Assembly: GCA_963714015.1 (NCBI GenBank)
Contig: OY970223.1
Location: 3,104,001 to 3,168,000 of the forward strand
DNA length: 64,000 bases
Origin: Vulcanimicrobiota bacterium
GTDB lineage: Bacteria; Vulcanimicrobiota; Vulcanimicrobiia; Vulcanimicrobiales; Vulcanimicrobiaceae
Reading direction: 5' to 3'
Shown here one piece after another: positions 37,299 to 48,585 of the stretch (its first letter is position 1; the number at the start of each line of letters is the position of its first letter). The notes under the pieces are model-generated. The model worked only from the letters and a program-made list of their open reading frames with translations, was not told the origin of the DNA and did not search any database. Position numbers and translations under genes: made by a program.

Positions 37299-38864
37299 TC
37301 AGTTAATCGTAACGTTCACCGGGGCCGAGGGAATGCCGTTCGCAACGACCGTGATGGTGCTCGGGCCGGTTTCGATGTTCGCCGGAACGTCGAATTGCGC
37401 GGTCACCGGCGACTGCGACGCAACGCCCATGAAGCTGAAGTCGTGCGTGCGCGCGTAAAAGACGTCGCCCGTTGCAGTGTTCACGATCCTGACCAGCGGA
37501 TAATTCTCCGCCATCTGCGCATCGTCGCCGTACGAGTTCTCCTGGCTGAATCCGTTCAAACGCTTTCCCTTAATCGTGTACGTCAGGCCGTGCGTGAGTG
37601 TTTTGGGCACGATTCCGATGGACGGAGCAATTTTGCTGTTCGGTTTGGCGCCGTACGTAAAAATCTCGACGTCGTCCGAACCGTCGGTTTCCAAAACCTG
37701 CCCCGTAGGAAGCATCAGCAGCCGCACGTTGTAGCTCGCGTCATTGATCGCGTTCGGCGGACCGGCAATAGGCTGAAGCGTCGTCTGCAAAACGTAAAAG
37801 TACGCCGGCGTCTGATAGAGGCCCGGGCTAAGCACCATCAGCATGTTGCCGTTGACCAGGTTCGAGAGGGGGCCATCGGCCTCGTCGAGCCGCTGGCCGC
37901 TGACTTTTGGAAAAGTCGGGCCCGCTTTCCAAACGCCGGTCGACGCGTTGTAATATGCGGTGTTCAAGTTCGCGCCGGCGACGAAGACTTGGCCGAAGGG
38001 CAAAAGACTCTGCGGTCCGATCTCGGCGCCCTTCGTCAGTTTGGAGGGCGCATTGCCCGCAGAAGACCATGTACCGGTGGACGCGTTATAAACTTCGCTA
38101 TTCGGTGCATCCAAAACATCCGCAGTGAAAACGTTGCCGTCCGGCAGCAGCGTCCAGCCTTCCTCGGAGTTCGGATCGGCTTTCCCGGCACCGGTCGAGG
38201 TCCACGTCATGGTGGACTCGTCCAAAAGCGCTTGGTTTGAGTCGCAGCACGTTCCGAGCATGTAAGTGCCGTTTGAAAGTACGACGCTTGGAGCATCGCC
38301 GATCGCCGACCAGCCCGGCGGCGGCGAAACCATCGTCCAGGTATTGGCGACCGGATCGTAGATTGCGCCCTGCGTCGTGTCGGCCGGTTGGAAAAAGTTG
38401 TATTCGCCGCCGTTTACGATCAATTTGCCGTCGGGCAGTATCGCGGATGCATAATACTCCGGCGCGTAACCGGACGGAAACGAAGCTTTCGGCGTCCAGG
38501 TGCCGGTCACGTAATTTCCTTTGATGTCGGGCGCCAGGCTATACCAGCTGGACTCGTTGTCATGCACCATGACCGTGCCGTCCGTCATCAGCAGCGCCGT
38601 ACCCGCGCCGTTGACGCCGAACGGTGCCGGCTGGGCGACCGGCTGCCAGCCGGCCGAAAAGGCGAGAGCACGATTGGAAGCGGTAATGCGATGCGTGCGC
38701 GCCGGCGGATGCGCAGGCGTTCGTTGGAACGCTTCGGGGCCCACCGCGTTCAGTGGAGCTCCGTTAACGCCGGGTACAGTAGAGCCGGCATGTCCGCAGC
38801 CCGAGAGGCTAACGGACACGGCGGCCGCGAGAACGGCTGCGCCGGGACGTAAAAGTCGCATCAT
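37299..38864 (-). CDS. Lipoprotein with Kelch/galactose-oxidase-like propeller and C-terminal beta domain
   Basis: Lipobox SLSGC; LL.DG.V repeats; YDPVANTW; VVANGI.S. Confidence 0.78.
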   Translation of the reverse strand: MMRLLRPGAAVLAAAVSVSLSGCGHAGSTVPGVNGAPLNAVGPEAFQRTPAHPPARTHRITASNRALAFSAGWQPVAQPAPFGVNGAGTALLMTDGTVMVHDNESSWYSLAPDIKGNYVTGTWTPKASFPSGYAPEYYASAILPDGKLIVNGGEYNFFQPADTTQGAIYDPVANTWTMVSPPPGWSAIGDAPSVVLSNGTYMLGTCCDSNQALLDESTMTWTSTGAGKADPNSEEGWTLLPDGNVFTADVLDAPNSEVYNASTGTWSSAGNAPSKLTKGAEIGPQSLLPFGQVFVAGANLNTAYYNASTGVWKAGPTFPKVSGQRLDEADGPLSNLVNGNMLMVLSPGLYQTPAYFYVLQTTLQPIAGPPNAINDASYNVRLLMLPTGQVLETDGSDDVEIFTYGAKPNSKIAPSIGIVPKTLTHGLTYTIKGKRLNGFSQENSYGDDAQMAENYPLVRIVNTATGDVFYARTHDFSFMGVASQSPVTAQFDVPANIETGPSTITVVANGIPSAPVNVTIN

Positions 38865-38959
38865 TCTAGACCCTAACCTCGGCGGCGTCCCAAGGCAAGG
38901 TCAAAATTGACTATAGCGCGGGCGCCTTGCTCTCCCGCGGGAACACTCTGCAAGACCAC

Positions 38960-39595
38960 GTGCGAAATCTCACTCGATCCGCTGCCGACTACGTCCCCGA
39001 TACCCGCTCGCTCAAGCGATTAAGGGAAGCGTCCGCTGCCTGCCGCGGCTGCGATCTCTACAAGTATGCGACACAGACCGTATTCGGTGAAGGAAAGGCG
39101 CGCGCGCCGCTCATGTTCGTCGGAGAACAGCCCGGCGATAGCGAGGATCGCGCGGGGCGGCCGTTCGTCGGGCCGGCCGGCGCCCTTCTGCGCAAGACGA
39201 TGCTGCAAGCCGGTATCGATCCGAAATCGGCTTACATTACCAACGCCGTCAAGCACTTCAAGTTCGTCGTCCGCGGAAAGCGGCGCATTCATGCAAAGCC
39301 GAAGACGATTGAGGTTCAAGCCTGCGAGCCTTGGCTCGAATCCGAGATTACGCTGGTGAAGCCGGAGCTCGTCGTCGCCCTCGGCGCTACGGCTGCGCAA
39401 GCGCTCCTTGGGCCGTCGTTCCGCTTGACGAAGCATCGCGGAGAAATCGTGTCGTCGCCGCTGGCTGCGCGCGTAATTGCCACGGTTCACCCCTCGTCGA
39501 TCTTGCGCGCGCCGGATCCGGATCGGCGTCATCGCGAACTCGCGCTGTTCTTGGAAGATCTGCGCACCGTTGCCGGTATCGTTCGTTCTAAGTGA
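38960..39595 (+). CDS. udgX: UdgX family uracil-DNA binding protein
   Basis: CRGC.L, GEQPG, NAVKHFK, KRRIH loop, HPS. Confidence 0.92.
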   Translation: MRNLTRSAADYVPDTRSLKRLREASAACRGCDLYKYATQTVFGEGKARAPLMFVGEQPGDSEDRAGRPFVGPAGALLRKTMLQAGIDPKSAYITNAVKHFKFVVRGKRRIHAKPKTIEVQACEPWLESEITLVKPELVVALGATAAQALLGPSFRLTKHRGEIVSSPLAARVIATVHPSSILRAPDPDRRHRELALFLEDLRTVAGIVRSK

Positions 39596-42501
39596 ACAGA
39601 CGCTCGATGTCGGCGTGCTCCAAACGAAGCGGCGCCGCGGACGCTTCGGCAAAAAGGTTGGCCGCGAGCGCGCCTTTGCGTTGCTGAAGATCCAAGATGC
39701 GCTCCTCCACTGTTCCTTCGGCGATCAGTTTGTAGACGAAAACGTGCTGCTCTTGTCCTATCCGGTGAGCGCGATCGGTCGCCTGACGTTCGACGGCGGG
39801 ATTCCACCAAGGATCGTAATGGATCACCGTATCGGCTGCGGTAAGGTTCAGGCCGGTTCCGCCGGCTTTCAAGCTGATGAGGAAGAGCGGCACCTCCCTT
39901 CGCTGGAAACGTGCAACCGGGGTCTCACGATCGCGCGTATCGCCGCGCAGTTCGACGAACTGCATCTCGCGCGAACCGAGCTCTGCTTTAATCAAGTCGA
40001 GCATCGACGTGAATTGCGAGAAGAGCAGAATTCTGCGCCCGTCGTCGACGAGGTTTTCGAGCATCTCGAGGAGCGCCTCAAGACTTCTGTGACTCCTTGA
40101 CGCCGGCCGCCGCCGGAAGTTTGACAAGCCGCGGATCGCAGCAGACCTGCCGCAGCTTGAGCAGTGCATCCAGCACCACGATGCGGCTTCGCGCGAGGCC
40201 GCGGCGTTGCACTTCTTCGCGGACGCGGCGATGCATCGCCAGGCGAATCGTTTCATAGAGATCGCGCTGCGCGCCCGGCAGTTCGATGCGCTGAACGATC
40301 TCCGTGAGCTCCGGAAGTTCCGAGGCAACGCGATCTTTGGTTCGCCGCAGCAGAAACGGGCGCAGACGTGCGGCCAGCGCGCTGTGCCGCAGGGAGTCTC
40401 CGCGCTTTTCGATAGGCCCGCGAAACGATCGGGCAAAACGCGAGCGTTCGCCGAGCAGCCCCGGAACGGCGAACGCGTAAATGGACCAAAGCTCTTCCAA
40501 ATGGTTTTCGATCGGCGTTCCCGTCATTGCCAAACGTTGTCCTGCGCGCAGTTCGCGCGCAACCGCCGCCGCCTTGGCGCGCGGATTCTTGATTGCTTGC
40601 GCTTCGTCAAGCACCGCAATCGACCAGTCCCGTTCGAGCAAGTATTCCGCATCGCGCGGCAGCAGCGCGTACGTCGTCAAAGCGACGTCGCTGTTTCCGA
40701 TCTGCGCGAATTGCGATCCGCGATCCGCGCCGGTCAGCGAAATGACCCGCAATTCCGGAACGAAGCGCGCAATCTCCGCTCGCCAGTTCGGAACGACGCT
40801 CGTCGGCGCTACGATCAGCGCAGGCGCGGTCAGCCGTCCCGCGGCCTTTTCGATTGCGACGTGGGCAAGCAGTTGCACAGTCTTGCCCAAGCCCATGTCG
40901 TCCGCCAGAACGCCGCCGAACCCATGCTCGCGCAGCGCCTGCAGCCACGCCACGCCGTCGCTCTGATATGGGCGCAGCACCGCCTTGAATGTATCCGGAA
41001 CCAGTAGCTCACTTCCGCTGACGCCGCTCAAGGCTTCCGTCAGATCGCGCAGCGCGCGGGCGTTCGACCATTGCAGGCCGATCGTGCCTTCCAAATGGGA
41101 AAGCGCCGCTGCTTGGAGCCGGTTCACTTGCAGACGGCCGCCCTCCGAAACGTTTCCCCCGTCGAAAAGGTCCGCCAGCGTCGCCAGCACGCGAGCTACG
41201 CGCGCCGCCGGCAACGCGACGTACTTGCCTGAAGGCAGACGACCGAAAATCGGATCCGTGCGCTCCGCCAATGCGGACAGATCGTCGCCCAGGCCGATGC
41301 CGTTGACTTCGAGCGCATCGAGAACGATCGGCAGCAGCGCAAGGCGTTCGCCTTCGACGTCGATGCCTAAGTCGAGTTCGAACCAGCGGCGCTCGGTTTC
41401 CGTAAGGTCGGCGTGCCATTCCGGCTCCGGCTCGACGACTGAAAACGGAAATGCGTCGTCGACGTCGATGCGCCAGCCTTGCGCGCGCAGTTGCGGCGCA
41501 GTGCTTGCGGCAAAGCGAACCCAGCGGACTTCTTCGACCGCCTCGAACCGGCTGTTCGTCCAGTCGGCCGCCCCGAAGCCCCACTCACGAAGGCGCGACA
41601 CAATCTGTTTTTCATAGGAAGCGCGGCGCGGCCACGTCGAGGCGGTTCCAGGCCCGTCGCTGCGGAATTCGCGAGCTTCGTCCCCGGCGCGAACCAAATG
41701 CTCGCCATAGGCAAACCGCAGGTCGAGGAACGCGGCGCCGTTGGCACCGCTCAAGCGCATGACGGGAGTCGGATCGCGATCGACGACGTGCTGGTCTACC
41801 GAGACCATCGGGCCTTCGATGCCTGCCGGCGAGAAGACCTGACGCAGCGCGACGTGCGCCCGGCGCGCTTGTTCTTCCGTCAGGGCAGGCGCAGAGGCAA
41901 CCACCGGCGCGATATCGCCGGGAATGCCGGCATCGAGCGGACCCGCGACGTCTTGCTCGGGATCGGCATACCACAAGGGACTGGAACTGATGAGCACCGT
42001 GGATGGCCGGCCTTCCACATGAGCTCGCTGACGGTGGTCCGAATCCACACGCCAGATCAGCCGCGCCCGGACGGGCTCCAGTTGGAGCGACGGAGCCTGA
42101 AGCGAGTTCCAATGCAGGCGGCCCGTCCGGATCAGCACGTCGAGCAGCGTCCCCAGAATCGTCGGGGAGAGGGTTCCCAATCCGCCGAGCAAGCCGCTAG
42201 CCGCAACGAGCCGTCCCACGGTGCGATCCGAAGGGAGGACGTACTTACCCCCGGCCTGCGCCAGCGTTCGCAGATCCTGCAGCCGGGGCGCGCCGTGCGT
42301 GCCGATCCTGTAGACCGGTACGACGTACGCCGCCAGATGGAAGCGCGGAACGTAGTAGTGCTCCTGCACGTCGATCGTATAGCGCAGATGATCCCGGGCC
42401 GGCGCAGGTTCCGAGGATTGAGCCGAAAGCAAAGCCTCAATCCAGCTGTCTACTGCGCCGTCGGCGGCGTCCCGTTTAGGCAAGCTCGCGCGGTTCTTCA
42501 C
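39588..42501 (-). CDS. SNF2-family helicase/ATPase; frameshift near 40083
   Basis: [26 protein letters not shown]; after shift [25 protein letters not shown]. Confidence 0.92.
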
Positions 42502-42763
42502 CCGGGCTCCGGAACACTTCCGTTCCGAAAGCCAACAAGCGCGGCTGGGGTTTTTGGGGAAGCAATGCGCTTTCGGGGAAGGCTCGTTCGGAAGAGGAAG
42601 CAAGTAGCGCTAGTCATTTTTTACTACGGACTTCCTATAAGAATTGCTTATGGCTTGCCAAGTTGCTTCCGCTATAATGAGCGCAAGCAAGAGCACCGGT
42701 TCTTGGCCATGGAGACGGCGTTCGCCTTAGAATGCCCTGTTTGAAGATTTGGAGCTTCATTAC

Positions 42764-43989
42764 ATGCAAATTCGTTCACTGGCACTGGCTTCCACCATAC
42801 TGGCTGCGGCATTGCTCGCGGCCTGCAGCGGCGGTTCGACCTCGCCGAACCCCATCATTACGCCACCCAGCAGCGCTCCCGAGGGCGGGAACCCGGGCCC
42901 GGATCCGTACGGCTACAACGCAGACTCGATCGGCGCGGTCAACGCAATCGGCGCCCCAATGCAGTCGACGACTCCCGACGAACTGGGAGGCATTCAGAAC
43001 AACAACGTTCAGATCCGCCGAAACAATAACACCCCGCCGCCATGCACCAATTTCTTCGCGACGAGCTTCCAGTTCTTCACCCCAGACCAAAAGGGCGATC
43101 CGAATTCGACGGAAATGGTCCGGTACGAGGGTGCGGGTTGCTGTACCGAACGACGAAATTTCCGACACGGTGCGCGTTTGGAGTCAGACCAGCTCCACAT
43201 CGGAAACGGTAAACGTGACTATCTCCAAAGTGGGCGGCGCCGGCAAGGATGCAGCGCCGACGTCGGTTCGCACTGCTAAGGTAACCTATAGCGGAGTCGC
43301 GAGCTTCAACCAAAATGGTTTCCCGAACTTTACGGCCGGCGCAAATCGTACGGAAGTGTCGCAGGTCAAAATCGGCGACCAACAAGTATCCGCCGCCGAA
43401 CAACGAATTCGTTTACGGCAGCCCAATACCGAAAACGTCAGGCAATTATTTTTGCGGCGATTCGGCTGGATACAACACCGTGGGAGACTCTACGCTTAAC
43501 GAGACCTTCGGCTGGGCGGATCAAACGGACGGCAACAGCGGCACACGGATGCCTCAGGCAAACGGCTCGGTCGTATTCACCGTTCATCGCGTAGGCGTCG
43601 CGCTGACGGGCCCCATCAACTTCATGCAAATTGCCCCGGCGCAACCGAACACCGCATGCCCCATTTCAACACCCGGGTTCACGACCAATGTGCAAGGAGG
43701 CTTCCTGCGTCTGCCATTCGATATGCCGCTCACCTACACGTTCCACGACGGCTATCTGGTCGGAATGACGTTGAAGGGCGCTACGTTCGGCAACAACAAC
43801 GACCTGACTGTCTCCATCACGGTCGATAATCCGCAGAACAATAAGACATTCATCGCGGGAAGCGTCGCCACGAATACCGGCAATCCGCAAACCATTGGTA
43901 ACTTCCAGATCGGCATCAACGGCTTCGGCACCCTCACCGTTGTCGACGGTCACTCCTACAACATCGTGGACTGGCACGTCGTTCAGTAG
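42764..43989 (+). CDS. Beta-rich surface lipoprotein; two apparent frameshifts (about 43140 and 43380)
   Basis: Lipobox LLAAC-SGG; three overlapping ORF segments of similar composition; TATAAT at 42673. Confidence 0.6.
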
Positions 43990-44076
43990 AGCACGCGATT
44001 CGGAGGCTCCAAACTCCGTCTCCAGAGGGCCCGTGAAAACACGGGTCCTCATTTTTTTGCGCCGAATAGCGACCTT

Positions 44077-44466
44077 ATGGAAACACTAGCGCAGCGCCAA
44101 TGCGTGCCTTGCCGCGGCGGAGTTCCGCCGCTGACGCGTGAACAGTTGACCCCGCTGCTCGCCCAATTGGACTCGGCCTGGAACGTGGTCGAGGCCGCGA
44201 GCGATCGTCACGGCACAGTGATGAAGCTTCTGCGGGAATTCAAATTCAAGAACTTCCGCGAGGCGCTCAATTTTGCCGTACGCGTCGGCGAGCTGGCCGA
44301 AGAGCAGCAGCACCATCCGGATCTGCACGTCGCTTGGGGCAAGGCCGGCGTGGAAATTTGGACGCACAAGATCGGCGGCCTTACCGAAAGCGACGCTATC
44401 TTCGCCGCAAAATGCGACGCGATCTTCGCGATGCCGACGCGCCCGACTACAGAGACGCCGCCATAA
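44077..44466 (+). CDS. Pterin-4-alpha-carbinolamine dehydratase
   Basis: CVPC.GG, F.F.NF..A, E...HHPD, WTH..GGL.E.D...AAK. Confidence 0.93.
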   Translation: METLAQRQCVPCRGGVPPLTREQLTPLLAQLDSAWNVVEAASDRHGTVMKLLREFKFKNFREALNFAVRVGELAEEQQHHPDLHVAWGKAGVEIWTHKIGGLTESDAIFAAKCDAIFAMPTRPTTETPP

Positions 44467-44776
44467 CGATCACCTTACCTTGCATCGACGGATGCACCGA
44501 GCAAACGTAAGAATACGTTCCGGCGGTATCAAAGGCGTACGTCCACGACTTCCCGGTGCCGAACAGTTTGGAGTCGAACGAGGCGTCTTTTGCGGTGACC
44601 GAGTGCGCGTCGTCGTCGTGATTCACGAATTTCACGGAGTCGCCGGCGGGGATTGTTAATTCCGCGGGTTTGTACGCGTAGTCACGAATGTCGACTACGT
44701 GCGTGGTTTGGTCAGCGCGCAGCGGCGCAGAGAGTGCGAGCCCCAAGGCGGCGGTTAGAACGATTGCGTGCTTCAT
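44447..44776 (-). CDS. Secreted cupredoxin (plastocyanin/amicyanin-like)
   Basis: Signal peptide; N.D...HSV; Y.CSVHPSM.G.V type-1 copper ligands. Confidence 0.9.
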   Translation of the reverse strand: MKHAIVLTAALGLALSAPLRADQTTHVVDIRDYAYKPAELTIPAGDSVKFVNHDDDAHSVTAKDASFDSKLFGTGKSWTYAFDTAGTYSYVCSVHPSMQGKVIVMAASL

Positions 44777-44807
44777 ACCTGCGGTACGCGTTGCCTTCGG
44801 GCAAAGT

Positions 44808-45731
44808 TCATTCCGAAAGAAGCGGTAACCGGACGACGAACTCGGCGCCCGTCGCGCTGCCCTGGCGAACAAAGGCTTCACCGCCGTGCGCGCGCGCGAT
44901 CCATGCGACGATGGCAAGGCCGAGACCGCTGCCCTCGCCGCCTTTGTCCGCGCGATAGAATCGCTCGAAGATCTTCTCTCGCTGCCTGGGGATCGATTGG
45001 ATCGCCGTCGTTCGCCACCAGTAAGTCCACACGCCGGCCGTTCGGCGCCGTAGTAATGCGCACGGTCGAACGAGCGTGGCGAACGGCGTTCTCGAGCAGA
45101 TTGCGCAGCAACTCGCGCAAGCGCCGCTCGTCGCCGTTGATTATCGCACTCTTGGTTTCCGCTACGATCTGCAGCCGTCTGGCATGCGCGACCGGCAGGA
45201 ACTCTTTTGAGACCGCTGCCGCAAGGGCGCCCAGGTCCACGGGCTCGGAAGAGATGACGTTGATATCGGCGGCGCGCGCCAAGGTCAGCAGGTCGGCAAC
45301 CAGCGCCGACGCGTCGAGCGCGGCCTGAGCAATCGTTGCAAAAGCGGCGGCTTCTTTCGGCGCGGCGTCGGAGCGCGCCGCCTGCGCTACGCTCGCTATG
45401 GCCGCAAGCGGAGATCGCAGCTCGTGCGCTGCGTCTGCGGCGAATGCGCGCTCGCGTTCGCGCGCTTCGATCAACGGCTGGAGGGATTGTGCCGCGAGCG
45501 CCCATGAGGCGATCGCGACGATGACTATCAGCGGAACGTCCAGCATCAAAATAACTCGCGTCACGTTCCACAGCGCCGCGTGGTAGGCCGCGATCGCTTC
45601 GGGAATGTTCGGCGTCCGGCCCCAGCTCGCCGCGATAGCTGCAGCGCCATGAACCAATACGCGCCCACACTCAGCGCCGCGAGAACAAGCGCAAAAACGA
45701 GCAGATAGCGAAGCGCGAGCCGAGCTATCAC
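44808..45731 (-). CDS. Sensor histidine kinase with very short extracytoplasmic loop; frameshifts near 45640-45615 and 44990
   Basis: GTG overlapping the regulator stop, TM helix, DAAHELRSPL, NLLENA, FERFYR, GSGLGL across frames. Confidence 0.85.
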
Positions 45732-46396
45732 GCTTGGAACTTATATCCGACGCCCCAAATCGTGTGGATCATCTCGCCGGCGCCCGCTTTTTTCAATTTA
45801 CGCCGAAGCTGACTGATGTACACGTCGACGATATTGCTCGGTCCGTCGAAATCGTAATCCCAAAGGCGCTCCAGCAAGTGCTCGCGCGAGAACGCGATCC
45901 CTTCGTTGCGCATGAAGAATTCCAGCATTCGGAATTCGGTGGATCCCAGCGCAAGCGGCTTCCCTTGGAAGCTCGCTTTTCGACCGGTAACGTCTATCTC
46001 GACCGCTCCGCTGCGCAGCGAATCCTGAATCGGGCGATCCGCGCGCCGGCTCACCGCGCGCAGCCGCGCGAAGAGCTCTTCTTCTTTGAACGGTTTGATC
46101 AGATAGTCGTCGGCCCCCGAATCCAGTCCCAGTACGCGGTCCTCGACCGCGTCCCGAGCCGTGAGCATCAAAATCGGCGTTTGCACCCCTTCGGCGCGAG
46201 CGGCCTGCGCGATCGAAAATCCGTCGCGTTTGGGCAAAACAACGTCGACGATGACCGCATCGTAGACTTGCCGGAGCAAACAATCCAGTCCGGCCTCCCC
46301 ATCGTGCGCTACGTCGACGGCGTATTTCCGGCGCTCGAGCATCGAGCGGACGGCGGACGCAACCGAGGCGTTGTCCTCGATCACCAAAATACGCAT
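45728..46396 (-). CDS. OmpR-family response regulator
   Basis: MRILVIED, DVVLP..DG, GADDYL.KPF, VDVYISQLRRK. Confidence 0.95.
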   Translation of the reverse strand: MRILVIEDNASVASAVRSMLERRKYAVDVAHDGEAGLDCLLRQVYDAVIVDVVLPKRDGFSIAQAARAEGVQTPILMLTARDAVEDRVLGLDSGADDYLIKPFKEEELFARLRAVSRRADRPIQDSLRSGAVEIDVTGRKASFQGKPLALGSTEFRMLEFFMRNEGIAFSREHLLERLWDYDFDGPSNIVDVYISQLRRKLKKAGAGEMIHTIWGVGYKFQA

Positions 46397-46398
46397 GC

Positions 46399-47540
46399 TT
46401 AGAGATTCGACGGCCAGGGAAATCCCACTGTCATCGCACCTCCAAAGTGGTCGGGACCGGGGACGCCGATATTGCGCACGTCCTGAAACAGCAGCCGGAT
46501 GTGCGGCGTCGCCTGGAAGGCTGAATAGTAAATCACGTCGCGCGCAATGAACGGTGTGGCTTGGGCGTCGTAGCGCACGCCCAAATACCAGTGAGGCGTC
46601 GGATAGTACTTCAGCCGCGCGTAACCGCCGCTGCTGCCGGTCCGTGTGTCGAAACCGTCGGGATTCCAGTCGGTTCCCCACCACTGCTCGGTCTGCAGTT
46701 CCAGTTTCTTGTGCTTGGCGGACAGCAGCAGGCCTTCGCGCGCATACGAGTCGTTAAACGAAGCTCTTCCGAGCGGCACGACATGGCGCTGGCCGTCCAA
46801 GACTTCGCCGCCCACCGTTACGTCTTGAAAAATAGGGGCATGCAGCCACAGACCGATCTCCGGCGCGTTCGGCCCACGTCGTCTCGCCCGTGGGGATTGG
46901 CTTTCCGCCGTATGCGGCGCCCTTGTATTCGCCCAAGTCCGCGGTAAAGTCGGCGACTAAGAGACCGACGGTGCGCTCCATTTGCGCGCCCCAGCGCGGA
47001 GATGAAAGCGGGAGATCGTTCAAACCGACGTGCGCGCCGTAATAGCCGTAGGAAGAAAGACTATCGTTGCGCTGACCGGGCGACTGCGCGAGCGGCAGTT
47101 CGAACAATCCGATGCGATACAGCGACTGCGTGTGTTGGTTGTAGGAAGCAAGATAGCCCAAGAAACAATCCGCTCGGGCCGCCGCCCGCCCCCAGACTGT
47201 AGTGCACGAATGCGGCGACCTTCCCGAAGTCCCAATTGCTCAGCAGGATGCCGCCCGGCGAAAACACGCGGCTGCCCGGCGATGGATTGTCTTCGTATTC
47301 GAGCTGGTAACGAAGCGCGACGCCGGTGGTGCCGTGCTTGGGAAGGTTGAGCTGATACCCATGCGCGCGAAAAGCGCGTCCGAAAGCATTCAACTCGGGC
47401 AACACCGAATGACACGTTTCGCACGAAAGGCGGTAACGCTGCGCAAACAGCGGAATCGCTTGCGCGGGCGCGCTGCTCTGCCAAAGCGCAACGCTCAGCG
47501 CACACAAGCCGATCGAGAAAGCCAAGAGTCTACTGCGCAA
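46399..47540 (-). CDS. Cyc2-like fused monoheme cytochrome c / outer-membrane beta-barrel; frameshifts near 47160 and 46870
   Basis: Signal peptide then AIPLFAQRY..SCETCH...PELN.FG..F...GY; amphipathic strands downstream; about 379 aa after repair. Confidence 0.7.
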
Positions 47541-48001
47541 CGATAGCACCTCGCATGGGGCTTGCATAATGAAAGAAACAGCCGTACAAATACGTGCCGG
47601 CTTTGTCTACGAGGATTTGCTGCGAACCGGTACCCGAAACCATCGCTCCGCTGGTCCACGGCTGCGATATCGCTGCACCCGATTGCTGCAACGCGGACGC
47701 GCCGAACGGCGATCCGGCGGGAAACGCATTTGGGGAACCGGGCACCAGCGTAGCGGTATGGTTTACACCAACGCCGTCGGTGTTGACGAAGCGAATCGTG
47801 CTGCCTACGGGCACCGTCGTGACCGCAGGAGAGAAGCCGCCGGATTGTCCGTACGCCGTCTGGACTGGTGCGTTGAGCGTGAGATTGACGCGAGATCGTT
47901 TGGGTCGCAGCCCCGCCGCCCGGCGGCGGAGCTGATCCGCCGGGCGTACAGGCTCCGAACACCGCAAGAACGAGCAGGACGAGCGGTGTTCGAACTTTCA
48001 T
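47530..48001 (-). CDS. Cupredoxin lipoprotein; frameshift near 47892
   Basis: Lipobox VFGAC; FVN.D....HTAT; YGCFFHYASPMRG type-1 copper ligands. Confidence 0.8.
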
Positions 48002-48523
48002 CGCGCGACCGTCACTGCGCCGGCGCGAACTTCGTCGACGAGCTGTTCCGCGAAGTCGCTCGAAGGAAGCATATTTTTACGCACGACGCCGTTCGCATCG
48101 ATCAGATAGACGATCGTCGAATGCATGTCGGCGTAACCGTCGGCTCCGCGCTGCGCGACGACGCCGAATTCGTTCATCACGGCGTGCACGCCGGTGCGGC
48201 TTCCGCCCGCAACGATCCATCGCCGCGGATTCGCCGAAAACGACTTTGCCAGCTTGCGCATGTCGAGGACGGAATCGCGCTCCGGGTCCAGCGTAATCGT
48301 CAGCAGCCGCATCTTCACGCGGGCCTTGTCCAGAGCGGCTGCGGCTTGCGAGAATTGCGCGTTGATCAGCGGACAGGCGTCCGCGCAGTGCGCCGAAACG
48401 AACGTTACTGCTAAAGGCGTCCCGCGCAGGGAGCTCGAGAGTGAACGGGTGACCCGTTTGATCGACCAGTTTGGGCTGCAGCATACTGACAGCCATGAGC
48501 AAAGCGGCGATGGCGTTGTGCAT
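47998..48523 (-). CDS. SCO family copper chaperone; frameshift near 48436
   Basis: LVDQTG.PF, CADACP, ITLDPERD, HS...YLID..G. Confidence 0.88.
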
Positions 48524-48529
48524 ACCGCC

Positions 48530-48561
48530 ACGGTAGCGGGACGGTGTGAAAAAAGTTTGAA
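48530..48561 (-). promoter_or_regulatory. TTCA-N7-TTCA tandem box plus -10 (TACCGT) of leaderless SCO operon
   Basis: TTCAaacttttTTCA, 11 nt, TACCGT, 6 nt, ATG. Confidence 0.55.
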
Positions 48562-48585
48562 GGCGGCGCCCGGGTGTCTTAGGGG

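Noticed and set aside
36021..38240. 739-aa plus-strand ORF and other long antisense ORFs (for example 4698-5912, 41479-42744, 53485-54732)
   Set aside because: They mirror well-supported genes on the opposite strand, have no motifs, and are expected in high-GC DNA
42651..42667. Possible sigma-54 promoter TGGC...TTGC
   Set aside because: The spacer is 8 nt rather than the required 7; the nearby TATAAT is a simpler explanation
44808..48523. Programmed frameshifting or a decayed operon as the cause of the many shifts
   Set aside because: No consistent slippery sites or in-frame stops, metal ligands are intact, and similar indels occur window-wide; sequencing error is more likely, though unproven
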